Below are positions 1 to 11,291 of a stretch of 64,000 bases of DNA, piece by piece; the stretch's first letter is position 1, and every line of letters begins with the position of its first letter. A model generated the notes under the pieces. The model was not told the origin of the DNA, did not search any database, and saw only the letters and a program-made list of their open reading frames with translations. A program made the position numbers and the translations under genes. The DNA comes from Flectonema sp. DT1601 (taxonomy: Eukaryota). Where the stretch lies: contig OZ025783.1 of assembly GCA_964019425.1 (NCBI GenBank), positions 372,001 to 436,000 of the forward strand. Direction: 5' to 3'.

Positions 1-1852
1 AATAAATAAAAGATTGCCTTCTCTTCACATGGGAAGCAATCAATACTGGTGATGAAGAATTTTTTTTTTTTTTTTTCCCCAGAAGTCAATACCTCTAGAG
101 TGACAGTCACAACCGTGAGACTCTCGCACGAGAGAAGAGATGCTTACGGGGGGCACATCAGTCAATCGATATCGTGCATTATAAAGACTCCCTCAGACGT
201 AAAGGGACGGTGTGATCATCAAAATTCGTGTTAAGACCGCCTTGACATAAGAACAAGTGTTAAGGTGTTAAGGAAGGTTGATACCAATTTTCACCAAAAG
301 AGAAAACCAATACTAAATTTAAAATAGAATAAATAAACAGAACCGGGAAAATATTTAAAAAACTAAAACACACATTCCTCAACAACTATTTGAGACACTC
401 ACAGGCGAGAAGATTAAAGTTACAAACAGTGAGAGAGACGTGGAATGAATCATCCGCCTTACAGTTATTGTCACTCCCCTCAAGATTAAGATAGCGTACT
501 AAATTAAGACAGATAAAAGAGATCTATTACACTACATATTGATCATCGCTGACAGCAAACTATAGAGCATTCGGTTTAACTTCAAAGAGCTACAATGCAA
601 TAGCAACGTAAGTAGACCCAATCTTATGTTAAGTATGACTTCACTCTATTGAAGTATTAGATAAATGACTTCACTTTAAAAGAAAGCAAAAAAAGTGATT
701 AATGTCCCAAAAGAGTCTGGGAAAGAGAGACTTCGTTTAAGGGACTAAAGCAATATTTGGTGTACGTATCGGCAAAAGGTCGCGAACGATTCCTGCTCGA
801 TAAAATAAAGAACTGGAGAGGGAGCTACATATATTCTATCACACGTTCTGACTGCCAACCAGTAAAAGTTAATTAAGACAAAGAACAGATGCTTAAATAG
901 TTAGTCCTGACTGTGGGATAAGTGAAGATAGTCTGGGTTAGTAAAAAGAGTTATTCAAGAAAAGAAAAATTGCAAACAGAAATAAGTGACCGCAACGAAA
1001 ACAGTTTATTTCACAATCATCGCGTTATTATTATCCAGTTTATCAAATCCAACAATTCCCTTCACATTATTTTTTTTTTTTTTTTTGCGCAAACCGAAAT
1101 AAATCTGCGAGCAACCAACTCTTCGCATTCTGATAACGCTCTCTCATCAACGCTCTCGGGAGAGAGGTAACTTGATACTACAATTAAACATAAAACAACT
1201 TGGAAACTTATTAAAACTAAAACAGGGTTCAAACCTACTTGCCATGTAAACAGACTCCGCTACGGGTTGAGCACCCCCCGCAGAGAGTGGCAGAAATGAT
1301 AAGCAGTTATTTTTTTGGAAAGTCAAAACAAAAAAAAAAGGGTTAGCTAGCAAAAAAGTCGGCTGCCACAAAAAGATATGTCTGCGAGATGGAAGAAAAA
1401 AGAAGAAAACAATAATAATAATAACAATGACTATTGCCCAGACAGGATTAACACTAACCAGCGACTCCACAGGACAGTAATCAAGAAAGCAACCACTCAC
1501 CCCACTCAATAGGTTACAGTCAGATACTTTCAGAAAGATGTTCACCAGTACCAAGCAGCTTCGTATTACTGCTTGGTGAATTAGGTAGCCAGAAAAGAAA
1601 TGATCATTTTGATATTTTATTGTGCATGAAAACTCGCTCAACGTTATTTTTAGCTCCACTGCAATACTTAAAGCGGGAAAAAGAATCATGCCTACATCAA
1701 AAAGAAAATTAATAAATAAAAAAAAACCCATTCTCGCCTGATGCTTATCGTTTTAATAAATATTTATATTAAAGAAAAGGGGAGGAGGACTTAGGATAAA
1801 ATGTATCTTATAACCTTTCATTGAGAGGGGGGTTACTGATCGTTTTATGTTG

Positions 1853-2944
1853 TCAGGTATTCATTCTTTCGTATTTTCTTTTAAATATTACCTTCGCAGA
1901 CATACCAGTTGGTCGAAGTGGTGTTGTTGGATACACTGCGACAGGTAAGGGTTGTTTTGGAGAAGGAATACCGAGTCGTCTTGACCTTCTACGAATCCAA
2001 CTTGTACCTTTACCTGGAGGTTGGCATCGAACTCTTTTTGACGTCGATGATGAACTCAGAGTTTTAGAAGGATGCTCAACAGGAGATCTAATTGAGTACG
2101 TTGTTGTTGGTGTGGCTGCTGTAGTCGTAGGAGATCCTGTTGAATCTGTCGTCGTCGGTGTAGCTGCTGTCGTTGTAGTTGCGGAACTATTTTGTGATGA
2201 TGAATAACGAACTAATCCCTTAGCCAATAATACTGACAACCCGTCAAGAGTTCCCTGATTTGATTTCTTTGATTCCAACATCGCAAGACCAGCTAGTCCA
2301 GAACCATACAAAGCTGACAACTGACTAAGTGACTCTACTTTACGTGGTGCACCAGGATACATCTTCTCATAAGGTGGTGCATGAGGAACAGCTGTATTCA
2401 GAGTGAGTGGACTCATAACAGAATCTACTGAAGTTTGATTGATAACAACATTACTTTCATTCTCATAAACGGCTGAGGTATCTTTTGAAGAAGTCGAAGC
2501 AGCTGAAAGAGGAATAGGAGGAGGAAGTCCAAGAAGTGATGATCTACGACACAACCAATTCCAACCAGTTCCTTTTTCAGATCTTTTGACGGGACTTTTG
2601 AGTATTTTTGATTCAGAATTTAAGAAACTATCACCAGAACTAATAGAAGAAGAGAAAGAAGTAGTAGACGGCCTCCTTCCTAATACAGATCCCAACACAG
2701 ATGACTCTTTCCTTCCTTTCTTCAGTAGGATGGACAATCCTTCAAGTTGACTGGAGGTACCTTTTTTCTCTAAAATCGCTAGTCCGTTGAAATTAATTTT
2801 TCCATCTTCGCTACTACGTTCTGACTCAGGTCGGTTCGTCTCACGACGAAGTTTCGTTAAATTGAAAAACGGAGGCGGTTGAGGAGGAGGAGTTTCCACG
2901 AGGGAGGCTTTCCCTCGAACCGCATTCAAAGCGCTGCCTATCAT
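1853..2944 (-). CDS. Hypothetical S/T/P-rich low-complexity protein
   Basis: 363-aa ORF with a repeated GL(A/S)(I/M/V)L(E/L)xK motif. A possible G|GTATGT donor at 1905 may change the C-terminus. Confidence 0.65.
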   Translation of the reverse strand: MIGSALNAVRGKASLVETPPPQPPPFFNLTKLRRETNRPESERSSEDGKINFNGLAILEKKGTSSQLEGLSILLKKGRKESSVLGSVLGRRPSTTSFSSSISSGDSFLNSESKILKSPVKRSEKGTGWNWLCRRSSLLGLPPPIPLSAASTSSKDTSAVYENESNVVINQTSVDSVMSPLTLNTAVPHAPPYEKMYPGAPRKVESLSQLSALYGSGLAGLAMLESKKSNQGTLDGLSVLLAKGLVRYSSSQNSSATTTTAATPTTTDSTGSPTTTAATPTTTYSIRSPVEHPSKTLSSSSTSKRVRCQPPGKGTSWIRRRSRRLGIPSPKQPLPVAVYPTTPLRPTGMSAKVIFKRKYERMNT

Positions 2945-3648
2945 CGCTTTACCCCCCGCTGGTTAACCAAAGTAGGGGTAGTAAAAAAACAAAAGAAAGA
3001 ACGCCCCACTAAATTCTCATAAAAGGGTTATTATCTACTACAACGCTAATCAATCATTGTTATCCTGTTGAGAAAATAATAAAAATAAATAAATAGGAAT
3101 CATTGTTTTTTGGTCGGTCCCGTACCGAATGTCACTATAGCAATATAGCGAATCGTAGATAACGATAATTATAATGGATTACACTTCCTTAAGGTCCGAA
3201 AGCAACAAATAACAGAGAACCAGAATCATAAATGAAAATATAATAATAAGATGATCACACTTATCTAACATGCGTTGGTACCTTGCGAGGGGTGTTTATG
3301 CTGTGAGCTTGGTGGTCTTCTGCCTTCATCTTTAATTGAAAGAGTGCTATGCCAGGCATCTTCTGAGGTGCTGGGAACATTAATTCAACCTGTTTTTTTT
3401 TTTTTTTTTTTTTTTTAATTTGTACGATACGTCATATGCTTCGCAAGAACACATACTTCGTCAACAGGAATTGGAGTCGTATCGCTCATAGACAAGTATT
3501 GCACTCGGTCACGCATCTCATTCAGGCCCTGAACTATGCCTCTTCTTTGATGCCAAAAACCGTTTATACAGACTACTGCTTTCATCTTGCCCTCAACGCT
3601 GTGTTGGTTGGTTGTTATTTTATAATAAGAGAGATGATGATGAACTCT

Positions 3649-4665
3649 TTAAATTGAATCATACCCTTTCATGTAACCTTTCTTTTGAAACATTTCTTGA
3701 AAGTCCTCAATACAATCTCTAGTTAAGTCCCTCGCAACTTCAGGAGCGTTCCATTGTTGCTCTAAGACCCATGGAAGCTCGGCACTGCTACGATGAACGT
3801 AGAGGCGGTTGTCCCACGGACATGCAATTTTTATTTGTGTTTCCCACTCGTTAACCCATCCAAAAATCCAGACAGCCGTAGCATCACCTCTCATTGCGCC
3901 ATTGAATGAGTCGGTTCGGAATACCTTATTAAGAACATCAGCTGGTTCTTCATCCACCGCCATAGAGTCTCTTGTCTTTTCCCAAGGTCTGTCAGTCTTA
4001 CCAGCTAGAGTTCTATTTCTTGTTGTTCTGCTTTCTTTAAGTTGTTTATCAATCGATTCTGACAGCCTTGGTGGGAATGTTCTTTGATCTGATGCGTCCC
4101 TAACAAGAGGATCAGGATTACTACCTCTTACGTTAGTTAGAAAGTTATTCCATCTGTTTGATTGAGGTCTACGAGTTCCAGGAGAACAGACAGGTTGAAT
4201 TCCAAGTGGAGGAGGTTTCTTACTAGGAACTGTAACAGGTTGCTTAGTAAGTTCATAACGTGGATCTACACGAGCAAGACGTTCAACTTTCCAAGCAGCA
4301 GCCTTTGACAGGTTTGTTGAAGTTGGAAAACCAGCTGAGTCATTTATGGTGTCGAGCATTCCTCCGACAGGTCCACCAGAAAGATGTCTTCTACGTGGCA
4401 TTCGAGGCATTGCACTACCTTGAGGACCGTTGGGAATTCTCATCTCATTAAACCATGTGTGTTTCATTGTAATATCTGCTGACACATTTGTATCATCTCC
4501 AATACCTGGCATTGCTCTCTCTAAATTGTATGTTTTTGCCCATCCATCACTGCCCGAATATTTATGCTTTACAATTTCAAACGACGGCGAGTAAGATTTT
4601 CCAGCTCTTTCTCTATCGGGTACGTCCGGGAATAACCCACTAGCGAGCCTAGTCGTTCTTCTCAT
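3649..4665 (-). CDS. Hypothetical protein, probably mitochondrion-targeted
   Basis: 338-aa ORF; N-terminus MRRTTRLAS resembles a short euglenozoan mitochondrial presequence. Confidence 0.7.
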   Translation of the reverse strand: MRRTTRLASGLFPDVPDRERAGKSYSPSFEIVKHKYSGSDGWAKTYNLERAMPGIGDDTNVSADITMKHTWFNEMRIPNGPQGSAMPRMPRRRHLSGGPVGGMLDTINDSAGFPTSTNLSKAAAWKVERLARVDPRYELTKQPVTVPSKKPPPLGIQPVCSPGTRRPQSNRWNNFLTNVRGSNPDPLVRDASDQRTFPPRLSESIDKQLKESRTTRNRTLAGKTDRPWEKTRDSMAVDEEPADVLNKVFRTDSFNGAMRGDATAVWIFGWVNEWETQIKIACPWDNRLYVHRSSAELPWVLEQQWNAPEVARDLTRDCIEDFQEMFQKKGYMKGYDSI

Positions 4666-4997
4666 TGTTTGATGATCGGCAGATGCGATCTGAGAAGGGG
4701 AGTGAAATGTTAATCGTTAACGAAATCTTTAAAATTAATTTCAACTTACTCGAACTGAAAAAAAAAAAAAAGGACACCTCCTGAGCAAGATCTAACATAC
4801 TACGGATACAATACAGTTTACGAAGAAAAAAAAAGGAAAATGGAATAAAAAAATTTTAAAAAAAAAAAGTGAAAACAAGATCCACTCTTCCCTCTTCCTA
4901 TATTTACTTTATAGGTTAACACTGGTTTTTCGTTTGGGGGGTGATTTGGTTATCATTATTAACGTTTATATTTCAAAAAAAAAAAAAAAAAATCTAA

Positions 4998-7367
4998 CTA
5001 AGCAACCGAACTGGAAGTTGTTGGAAATGATACTGGAGGAAGAGCATAAAAGTTGTTTTGGGAATTTTGACCAGCATTCAGATGAGGAAACGATGACGGG
5101 AATGATGGTAGTGATCCAGTTGTAGACGTATGAATTGAATCTTGATTAAATATATCATCAACATTCACATTTCTATTTTCTAGAACATTACCTGCGTGAT
5201 AATCAGGTCGCGGGACCAGACTGTCATAAGATCTGAGCTTCTTAGCATTGTCCGATCCACGAACCCACCACATATCTCTATTTAATAAATTAGGATTGTT
5301 TCCTTCGTATCTACTAATGATAACTGCTGGTTCATTAGCTCTACCTGCTTCGTGAATAGTTACAGGAAACCCCTCGTGCCAGAAGTCAGTTACTCTCGTT
5401 GGGCTATTGTTACTACTGGGAGGTGGAGAAGCAGGTCTTGCAGGTGGAACAGGAGCCGCAACATCTTTTTGTTGAACAACTCTCCAAGTTGGTGTTGCGG
5501 TCGCAGCACCAGATCCGACAACAGTCACCGGGGGTGAGATAATCGCAGTAGTATTTCTTGACGGAGAGATGTTTCTATTCGTTTGGTAGGGATGCACTCC
5601 CACACTGACTACCGACCCTGTTCCAACAATCGATTCCTTTAGCGTCTGATTACTTAAAATATTATTACTATTACTGGTAACATTTGTTATATTCTGACTT
5701 GAAGCAACAACACTAACTTCCGGTAGTGATTGTCTGCTTGCTACAGTTATTGTTTTGTGACTCGCTGTTGGTGATTTCGGTACAAATATCGAATTGCTTG
5801 CGGTTGTTTGATGTGATTGTTGTGATTGGACTTCCTGTTCTTGTTGCTTTCTTTGAATCTCTTCTTGTTTAGCTAGTAATGATTGCAGAACGTCGAGTAG
5901 TTTACTTTCAGATTCAGCTTGCTGCTCACGAGTTGAAGCAGCCTGCATGACAGCGGACTCTGCCATTTTACGAATCTCTAAACTATCGTAGTGTGACTGT
6001 GCTTTTAATGCTTCTACCAGTTGTACTTCTCGTTGACTTTGCTCTACTCTAGTACGCTCTGCATTCGCTTGAAGTTGTGAAACTATCTTACGAAGTTCTT
6101 CTGCATCACCAGCCCTTGCAGCCTGAACAGCATGTGCAATCCCAGCCTGCTCGCGATTAGCTTTTCTATTTTCAATTATTATTTCTTCACGAGTTTCAGT
6201 CGCAACCTTTCTAACTTCTTCCTTTACTTTGATAGACATGTCCTGACTGACTGTTTGTAGGTCTGCTATTTTAGAATCAGCTCTCAGTTTCTCTCTTGTA
6301 AGTTCCGACAGTTGTTTTTCTAATTGTTTTTGTCTACTCTCAAGTGCGATGAGAGCTGGATTTGGAGGTTCTACTCGCGGTGTAGGAAGTGAGGTGACTG
6401 GTAGAGCAGTCATCACATCTTCAGTGGTAGGAAGAGCAGGAGGAATAGTGTTCAGTAGGAATCCATGGTTTTGAGAGAGCTGAGCCCCACCCGCCCATAC
6501 ATTAAAAATACCTCTTTGAAATTCTGGTTGATTAGCAATACGAAGTTTTGGCCAAGGTCGAAGTTCATATCGGAAACGGTCGACGACTCCGAGTAGATCT
6601 GATCCTCCTCCACAAATCATAACATTCGTAATTATCTGACTGTACTTTGAGAAATCAGAACTAAATAACCTGGCGATTACATCGTGTGCGAGCTGTCCTA
6701 ACGTCATTGTTAAAAACATTTCTTCAGTACTTTTCAATACAATTTCAGTGACATCATACCCTTGAGATGCTCCTCTCCAGATAAGCGGAATAGAACCCCC
6801 CGGCCGAACCAATTCTTTAAACTGCTTTGGTGACGTTGCTACCTTCCCATGTTGTTGTAGGATTGAAGCTGCTTCTGCTTTAGTGATATCCAGAGAGTAT
6901 TTCTGACGGAATAGCTCGCAGATACTCATTTCAACTTTCTCAAGTCCAGATAATTTAACAGTTGTCAAATGATCGATAATAATATTATTATGAACTGCTG
7001 TCACTGTTGTTGACAAATGACCAATATCTATTACCAGACCAGTAGTACTTCCTGTATTACACAGTACTAGGGGAGGTGATTGGAGAATACAACACTTTCT
7101 AATTCCCAATTCGTATGCAGTCTGTTCCAGTTGAATTCTCTGATTCTCTGGTAGCTCTGTTGAGGTACAAAATAAAAAAGCATCATCTACAGGAGTAACA
7201 TTAAGTATCGCACAAACTCTTCTAAGTCCACATCTCCACGACTGCCAATCAGATATCAATCCATCACGCACAGCACCTGCTGGGGACGGAAACGTTGTCG
7301 GACCCTTCCTTGTGAACCCAACCTTCCAAGTGTGGCTACCCCAGTCCACTACAACAACATCAGACAT
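4998..7367 (-). CDS. Divergent actin-related protein with coiled-coil and low-complexity C-terminal extension
   Basis: Actin-fold motifs VVVDWGSHTWKVGF, TGLVIDIGH, NVMICGGGS and VWAGGAQL, then a Q/E-rich coiled coil. Confidence 0.85.
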   Translation of the reverse strand: MSDVVVVDWGSHTWKVGFTRKGPTTFPSPAGAVRDGLISDWQSWRCGLRRVCAILNVTPVDDAFLFCTSTELPENQRIQLEQTAYELGIRKCCILQSPPLVLCNTGSTTGLVIDIGHLSTTVTAVHNNIIIDHLTTVKLSGLEKVEMSICELFRQKYSLDITKAEAASILQQHGKVATSPKQFKELVRPGGSIPLIWRGASQGYDVTEIVLKSTEEMFLTMTLGQLAHDVIARLFSSDFSKYSQIITNVMICGGGSDLLGVVDRFRYELRPWPKLRIANQPEFQRGIFNVWAGGAQLSQNHGFLLNTIPPALPTTEDVMTALPVTSLPTPRVEPPNPALIALESRQKQLEKQLSELTREKLRADSKIADLQTVSQDMSIKVKEEVRKVATETREEIIIENRKANREQAGIAHAVQAARAGDAEELRKIVSQLQANAERTRVEQSQREVQLVEALKAQSHYDSLEIRKMAESAVMQAASTREQQAESESKLLDVLQSLLAKQEEIQRKQQEQEVQSQQSHQTTASNSIFVPKSPTASHKTITVASRQSLPEVSVVASSQNITNVTSNSNNILSNQTLKESIVGTGSVVSVGVHPYQTNRNISPSRNTTAIISPPVTVVGSGAATATPTWRVVQQKDVAAPVPPARPASPPPSSNNSPTRVTDFWHEGFPVTIHEAGRANEPAVIISRYEGNNPNLLNRDMWWVRGSDNAKKLRSYDSLVPRPDYHAGNVLENRNVNVDDIFNQDSIHTSTTGSLPSFPSSFPHLNAGQNSQNNFYALPPVSFPTTSSSVA

Positions 7368-7665
7368 ATTGTTTAGTGGATTCTTGTTTTAAGTTTTAGT
7401 ATTTAACAAGTAATCTAGTTACGAGTGTTGTTTAATAAATCTGATTTGTAATATGCGAAGTCCTCAGTCATTCTCTGACCTGTTAATAAATAATATCAAA
7501 CACACAACACAGATCAATATCATCTGATCACAAAACCGATTGATGGACTGAGAACGAATGGCTGGGGAAGTTTGCATCGGGAGAGAGGGAGGGAGGGAGT
7601 GGGGAAGTGTATTTGCGTAAATTAAGGAAAGTGGTGGGGAAAAGAAAAGGGGAAGAAAAAAAAAC

Positions 7666-9388
7666 CTATTTTTTGTTCGCCTTTTCTTTTCTCTTTTTTA
7701 CGTGTTTCGGGAGACGAGCTTTGCGATCCTTACGTCTTTCAGCCTGTTGCTCTTTGACGAGTTTTTTTCGTTCCTTGCGTTCCTCTGGAGTCTCTTCTGC
7801 TTTTCTATCCGGAGCGAGAGGGACCTTCTTTTGATAATCATCTTCCTGATAGTCTTCCTCTTCATCTTCTTCATACTCCTCGACTTCTTCTTCTCCCGCT
7901 GATTCATCTTGCTTTTCAGGTCTCAGTTGTCTGTTCATGAAGGCGTCGATGATACCTCTGTCAGCATCACCAGTTGCTAATCTCTTTTGCCATGCTTCGA
8001 TATTTCCAATCTCAGCAAAGGAACGAGGAAGATGAAGTGATTTGAACACCTCGTCGTCAATCTGAATTTTGTGTTTTTATTTTTGTTTTCAATGAGTAGG
8101 ATGAAATAATATTTTTTCACAACAACAAAAAAAAAAAAAAAAAAAATACCTTTTCCTGCGCAGTCTGTTCCAGGGTTCGGTTGTTTATTTTTTCCATCTG
8201 GAGATCAAGATAATCATCGATTTCATCATCCATGATGGAGGCATCGATAACAAACGTGAACAACTCAGGTACTCTCATCACTGTAAGACCATGGTTAGTA
8301 AACCAATCAGTCACGTTAGTTACATCATTACGAAGGAAGTCAAGAGCATGAGGGTGATCATGTTCAACCGACTGAGACACATCTATAATGAAAAGCTTAC
8401 CATCCATATACAAAATATTAAACTCTGACAAATCAGCGTGTACTAAATGACATGTGTGAAACATAACACGCATCATCTTTATTAAATCTATGTAAAGAGT
8501 TCTTGCCTTTTCACTTGATATAGTAGCGTCTTTAAGACGTGGTGCTGGCCATCCTTCTTTACCTATAAAAGTCATAACCAGAACATGCTGTCTTAAGATT
8601 TCAACTGCCGGGCAAGGTATACCTGCCTGAGCTAATCTTTTTAAATTTCTGCATTCTTTCTCTGCCCAGGTTCGAACCATTTTTCTTGGATTTGATTTGC
8701 AGTAGCCATTCTTGAATCGATGTTCTCCTGAAACATACTTGTCTCTATCTTTGAATATAAGAATAGAAGTTTTATAAACCTTAATAGCATAATCAACTGA
8801 GGCATCCTTACCAGTTGCGTGATAGACGTTAGCTTCCTTTCCTGTGGAGATACAACCGTTGATCGACTGAAGCCAACCAGCATTGACTAGTTTGAATAGA
8901 ATCAGTCTAGTACGTGGATCCATAACTTGTTCAGTTGTGGCTCGTTCTGATTTATCGTTAGTGATTCGTTGAGAACCTTCTGCTCCCATGTTCTCAGCAG
9001 TTCTGATAGATTTGGTAGCAAAATGAGATGTTTCTGTGTCAATCTTAGTCCAGACTTTACTATGTGTGTTAGGTTGCATTGTTGAGCTTGCTACTGGTTG
9101 TTTGTTAGCCCCACCTCCTCCGAGGGTTATTTTACCAGATTCACCACCTCTGTAGTCCTGATAATCATCATCATAATCATATTCATCATCATCACTTGCT
9201 TCATCATCTTGTCCGTATAGTTTTCTTCCTTCAGTAGTCATAGTCATCCATTTCTTTACTTCATCAGCATCAGTCTTTTGAGCTGGGACTGATTCCTTTG
9301 CTACTGTTGGTGCTTCTCCTCGATGTCCCAAAGGTCTGGTTCCTCCTGACCCTTTTATACCTTTTCCAGATCCGGCTACACCGGCCAT
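7666..9388 (-). CDS. RIO1: RIO1 atypical kinase (exons 9388-8150, 8061-7666; ~544 aa)
   Basis: [49 protein letters not shown] intron 8062-8149 joins in frame to a K-rich RIO1-type tail. Confidence 0.95.
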
Positions 9389-9535
9389 TTTTGATAACTC
9401 TATGGGTTGAAATTGGTACTTTCTTTTTATTTTTTCTTAAAGCAAAAATATAACAGATAGAGATTGTTATCCGAGCGTGGTGCTCATGAAAAGACGCTCG
9501 ATCGGATATCTAAAATAACAATGCGCAACAGCACA

Positions 9536-10829
9536 TCACTCAAACATTGAACGTTCGCTCATAGGAACTTGAAAACCCCCATTCCGTACACCTCGAGCAA
9601 AGGCATCGCATTCTGTGGTCCAGTTTGGGTTGAAAACACCTCCCCATATGGATGGTAGGAAGTATGCCTGTTTGTTTATATATTATTTTCGTATGAGATG
9701 ATCAAAATATTTACAATAATTCAACACATACCTGTCCCATTATGCCCCACATAGAAATTCGAATCTTGTTGGCATCAAACAGTTGATCAAGTAATTCTAT
9801 GTGATGAGTTTTTATATTCGTATGAGTCAAACCTTTCGATAAAGCAATCATCCAAAGCTCTCCAGGAACATATCGAGTGCTGAATGGTTGTTTATGTAAA
9901 GGTTCTGATTGAGTTATGATTGTAGTTAGGTATTCACTGCCAGTTTGTAACGCGTTAGCACCCCACTTAGATTTGTGTGCCCAAGTACCAGCCCATAATA
10001 AGTCTCCAATAAGTGATGGATTACTCCGAATAGAATCGTCATCACTATACTGTTCCCATATTGATAAAAGACGTTTTTCCATTACAGTTAAACTTTTTAT
10101 TATCTTTGAATCACCGTCAGGTCCAAATGAATTTTTTAATATTCCACAAACAAGTGCTCCAACAAGAGGATTGGTTGGTCGATCTTGAAATGGTAGTGCC
10201 GTATCGAGCTCAATACTCATTCTGGGTGATAAAGTGTGAATTGATTGCCTAACACCATCTTGATGGTCACCATCACTTATCGTTTGCTGAATAAATTTTC
10301 TACCAGAAACAATCATTAATTGAGAAGCAAGCTCATTATATCTCGGGTTATCACTTGCAACTGCTAGTCTGTTTAAAGCGAATGCCCAAAGACAGATTTG
10401 ATACCAGTGTTGTCCATCTCCCATTGGTCTATTTTCACCCATGGCGTTACCACTACGAAGACCTCCTAGTAATGGTTGGTCAGCATCTGATAATCCGAGT
10501 CTGTCGGGGATGTTATTGTCTTTGTTTATGATTCTCTGTCTTCCAAGTACTTCGTGAACTTCTTTAGCAAGTCGTTCACCCTTTCTCATCCACATGTGAG
10601 CATTACCCTTGGATTTCTTATAGTAATACATTGATATGTAGCTGGTTAATCCTAACGCATCAGCATGAAGATGTCTTCCTCTATCACAATATATCCTTTG
10701 AAGAGGATTCACATCTCTTTCAACATTTCCATATAAATTTTCAAGAAGATCAGATAAGTGATTCTTACTACTAACTGCGGCTTTCTCAACAGGGGAGTTG
10801 ATTCCTCTTTTTAAAGCATTTAATGACAT
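9536..10829 (-). CDS. Hypothetical protein resembling a microbial uncharacterised family (GGLRxG / GDGQxxxYxxxWxFALNR); exons 10829-9732, 9667-9536
   Basis: Motifs RHLHADALG, GGLRSGN and GDGQHWYQICLWAFALNRL. CAG|GTATGT...AAACAG intron 9668-9731 gives an in-frame second exon. Confidence 0.7.
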
Positions 10830-10959
10830 CTTCTTAAGTAAGACACTGAATTGTGAATATAAAAAATGTGAAGACTTAGGTGATACGACACGTCACAATC
10901 ACCTTCATCTGTTGTTGTTGTTTTTTTTTACGATTACACGTAACGAACACAACAAGGTA

Positions 10960-10996
<37 letters not shown>

Positions 10997-11291
10997 AGTT
11001 TAAACCCGATTATCCATCAGTATGGCATCAGAGTGGGTTTGCATACACAGTAGTGAAGGTCGTTTTTTTCTTTTTTTTTTTTTTTTTTTTTTTGTTTCGA
11101 AAAGGTACGAACACGGAACAAATAATAATAATAAATAAATAAATAAAAAGTAAATCCCATAAATCGATCGGGTTGTTTAAAAAAAAGAGAAGGGAAAAAA
11201 GAAAGGGTATCTTGACTCGCATCTCTTACAAAGTAAGAATGACCGATCAGATACAATTAAAAAACATCCACAGTGAGAATAAGACAGCAAC

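Noticed and set aside
1147..1731. 194-aa hydrophobic ORF, and similar poly-F/poly-K ORFs throughout
   Set aside because: Largely produced by T/A-rich or homopolymer sequence; no domain signal.
1821..2207. Plus-strand ORFs overlapping minus-strand genes
   Set aside because: Antisense shadows of real CDSs.
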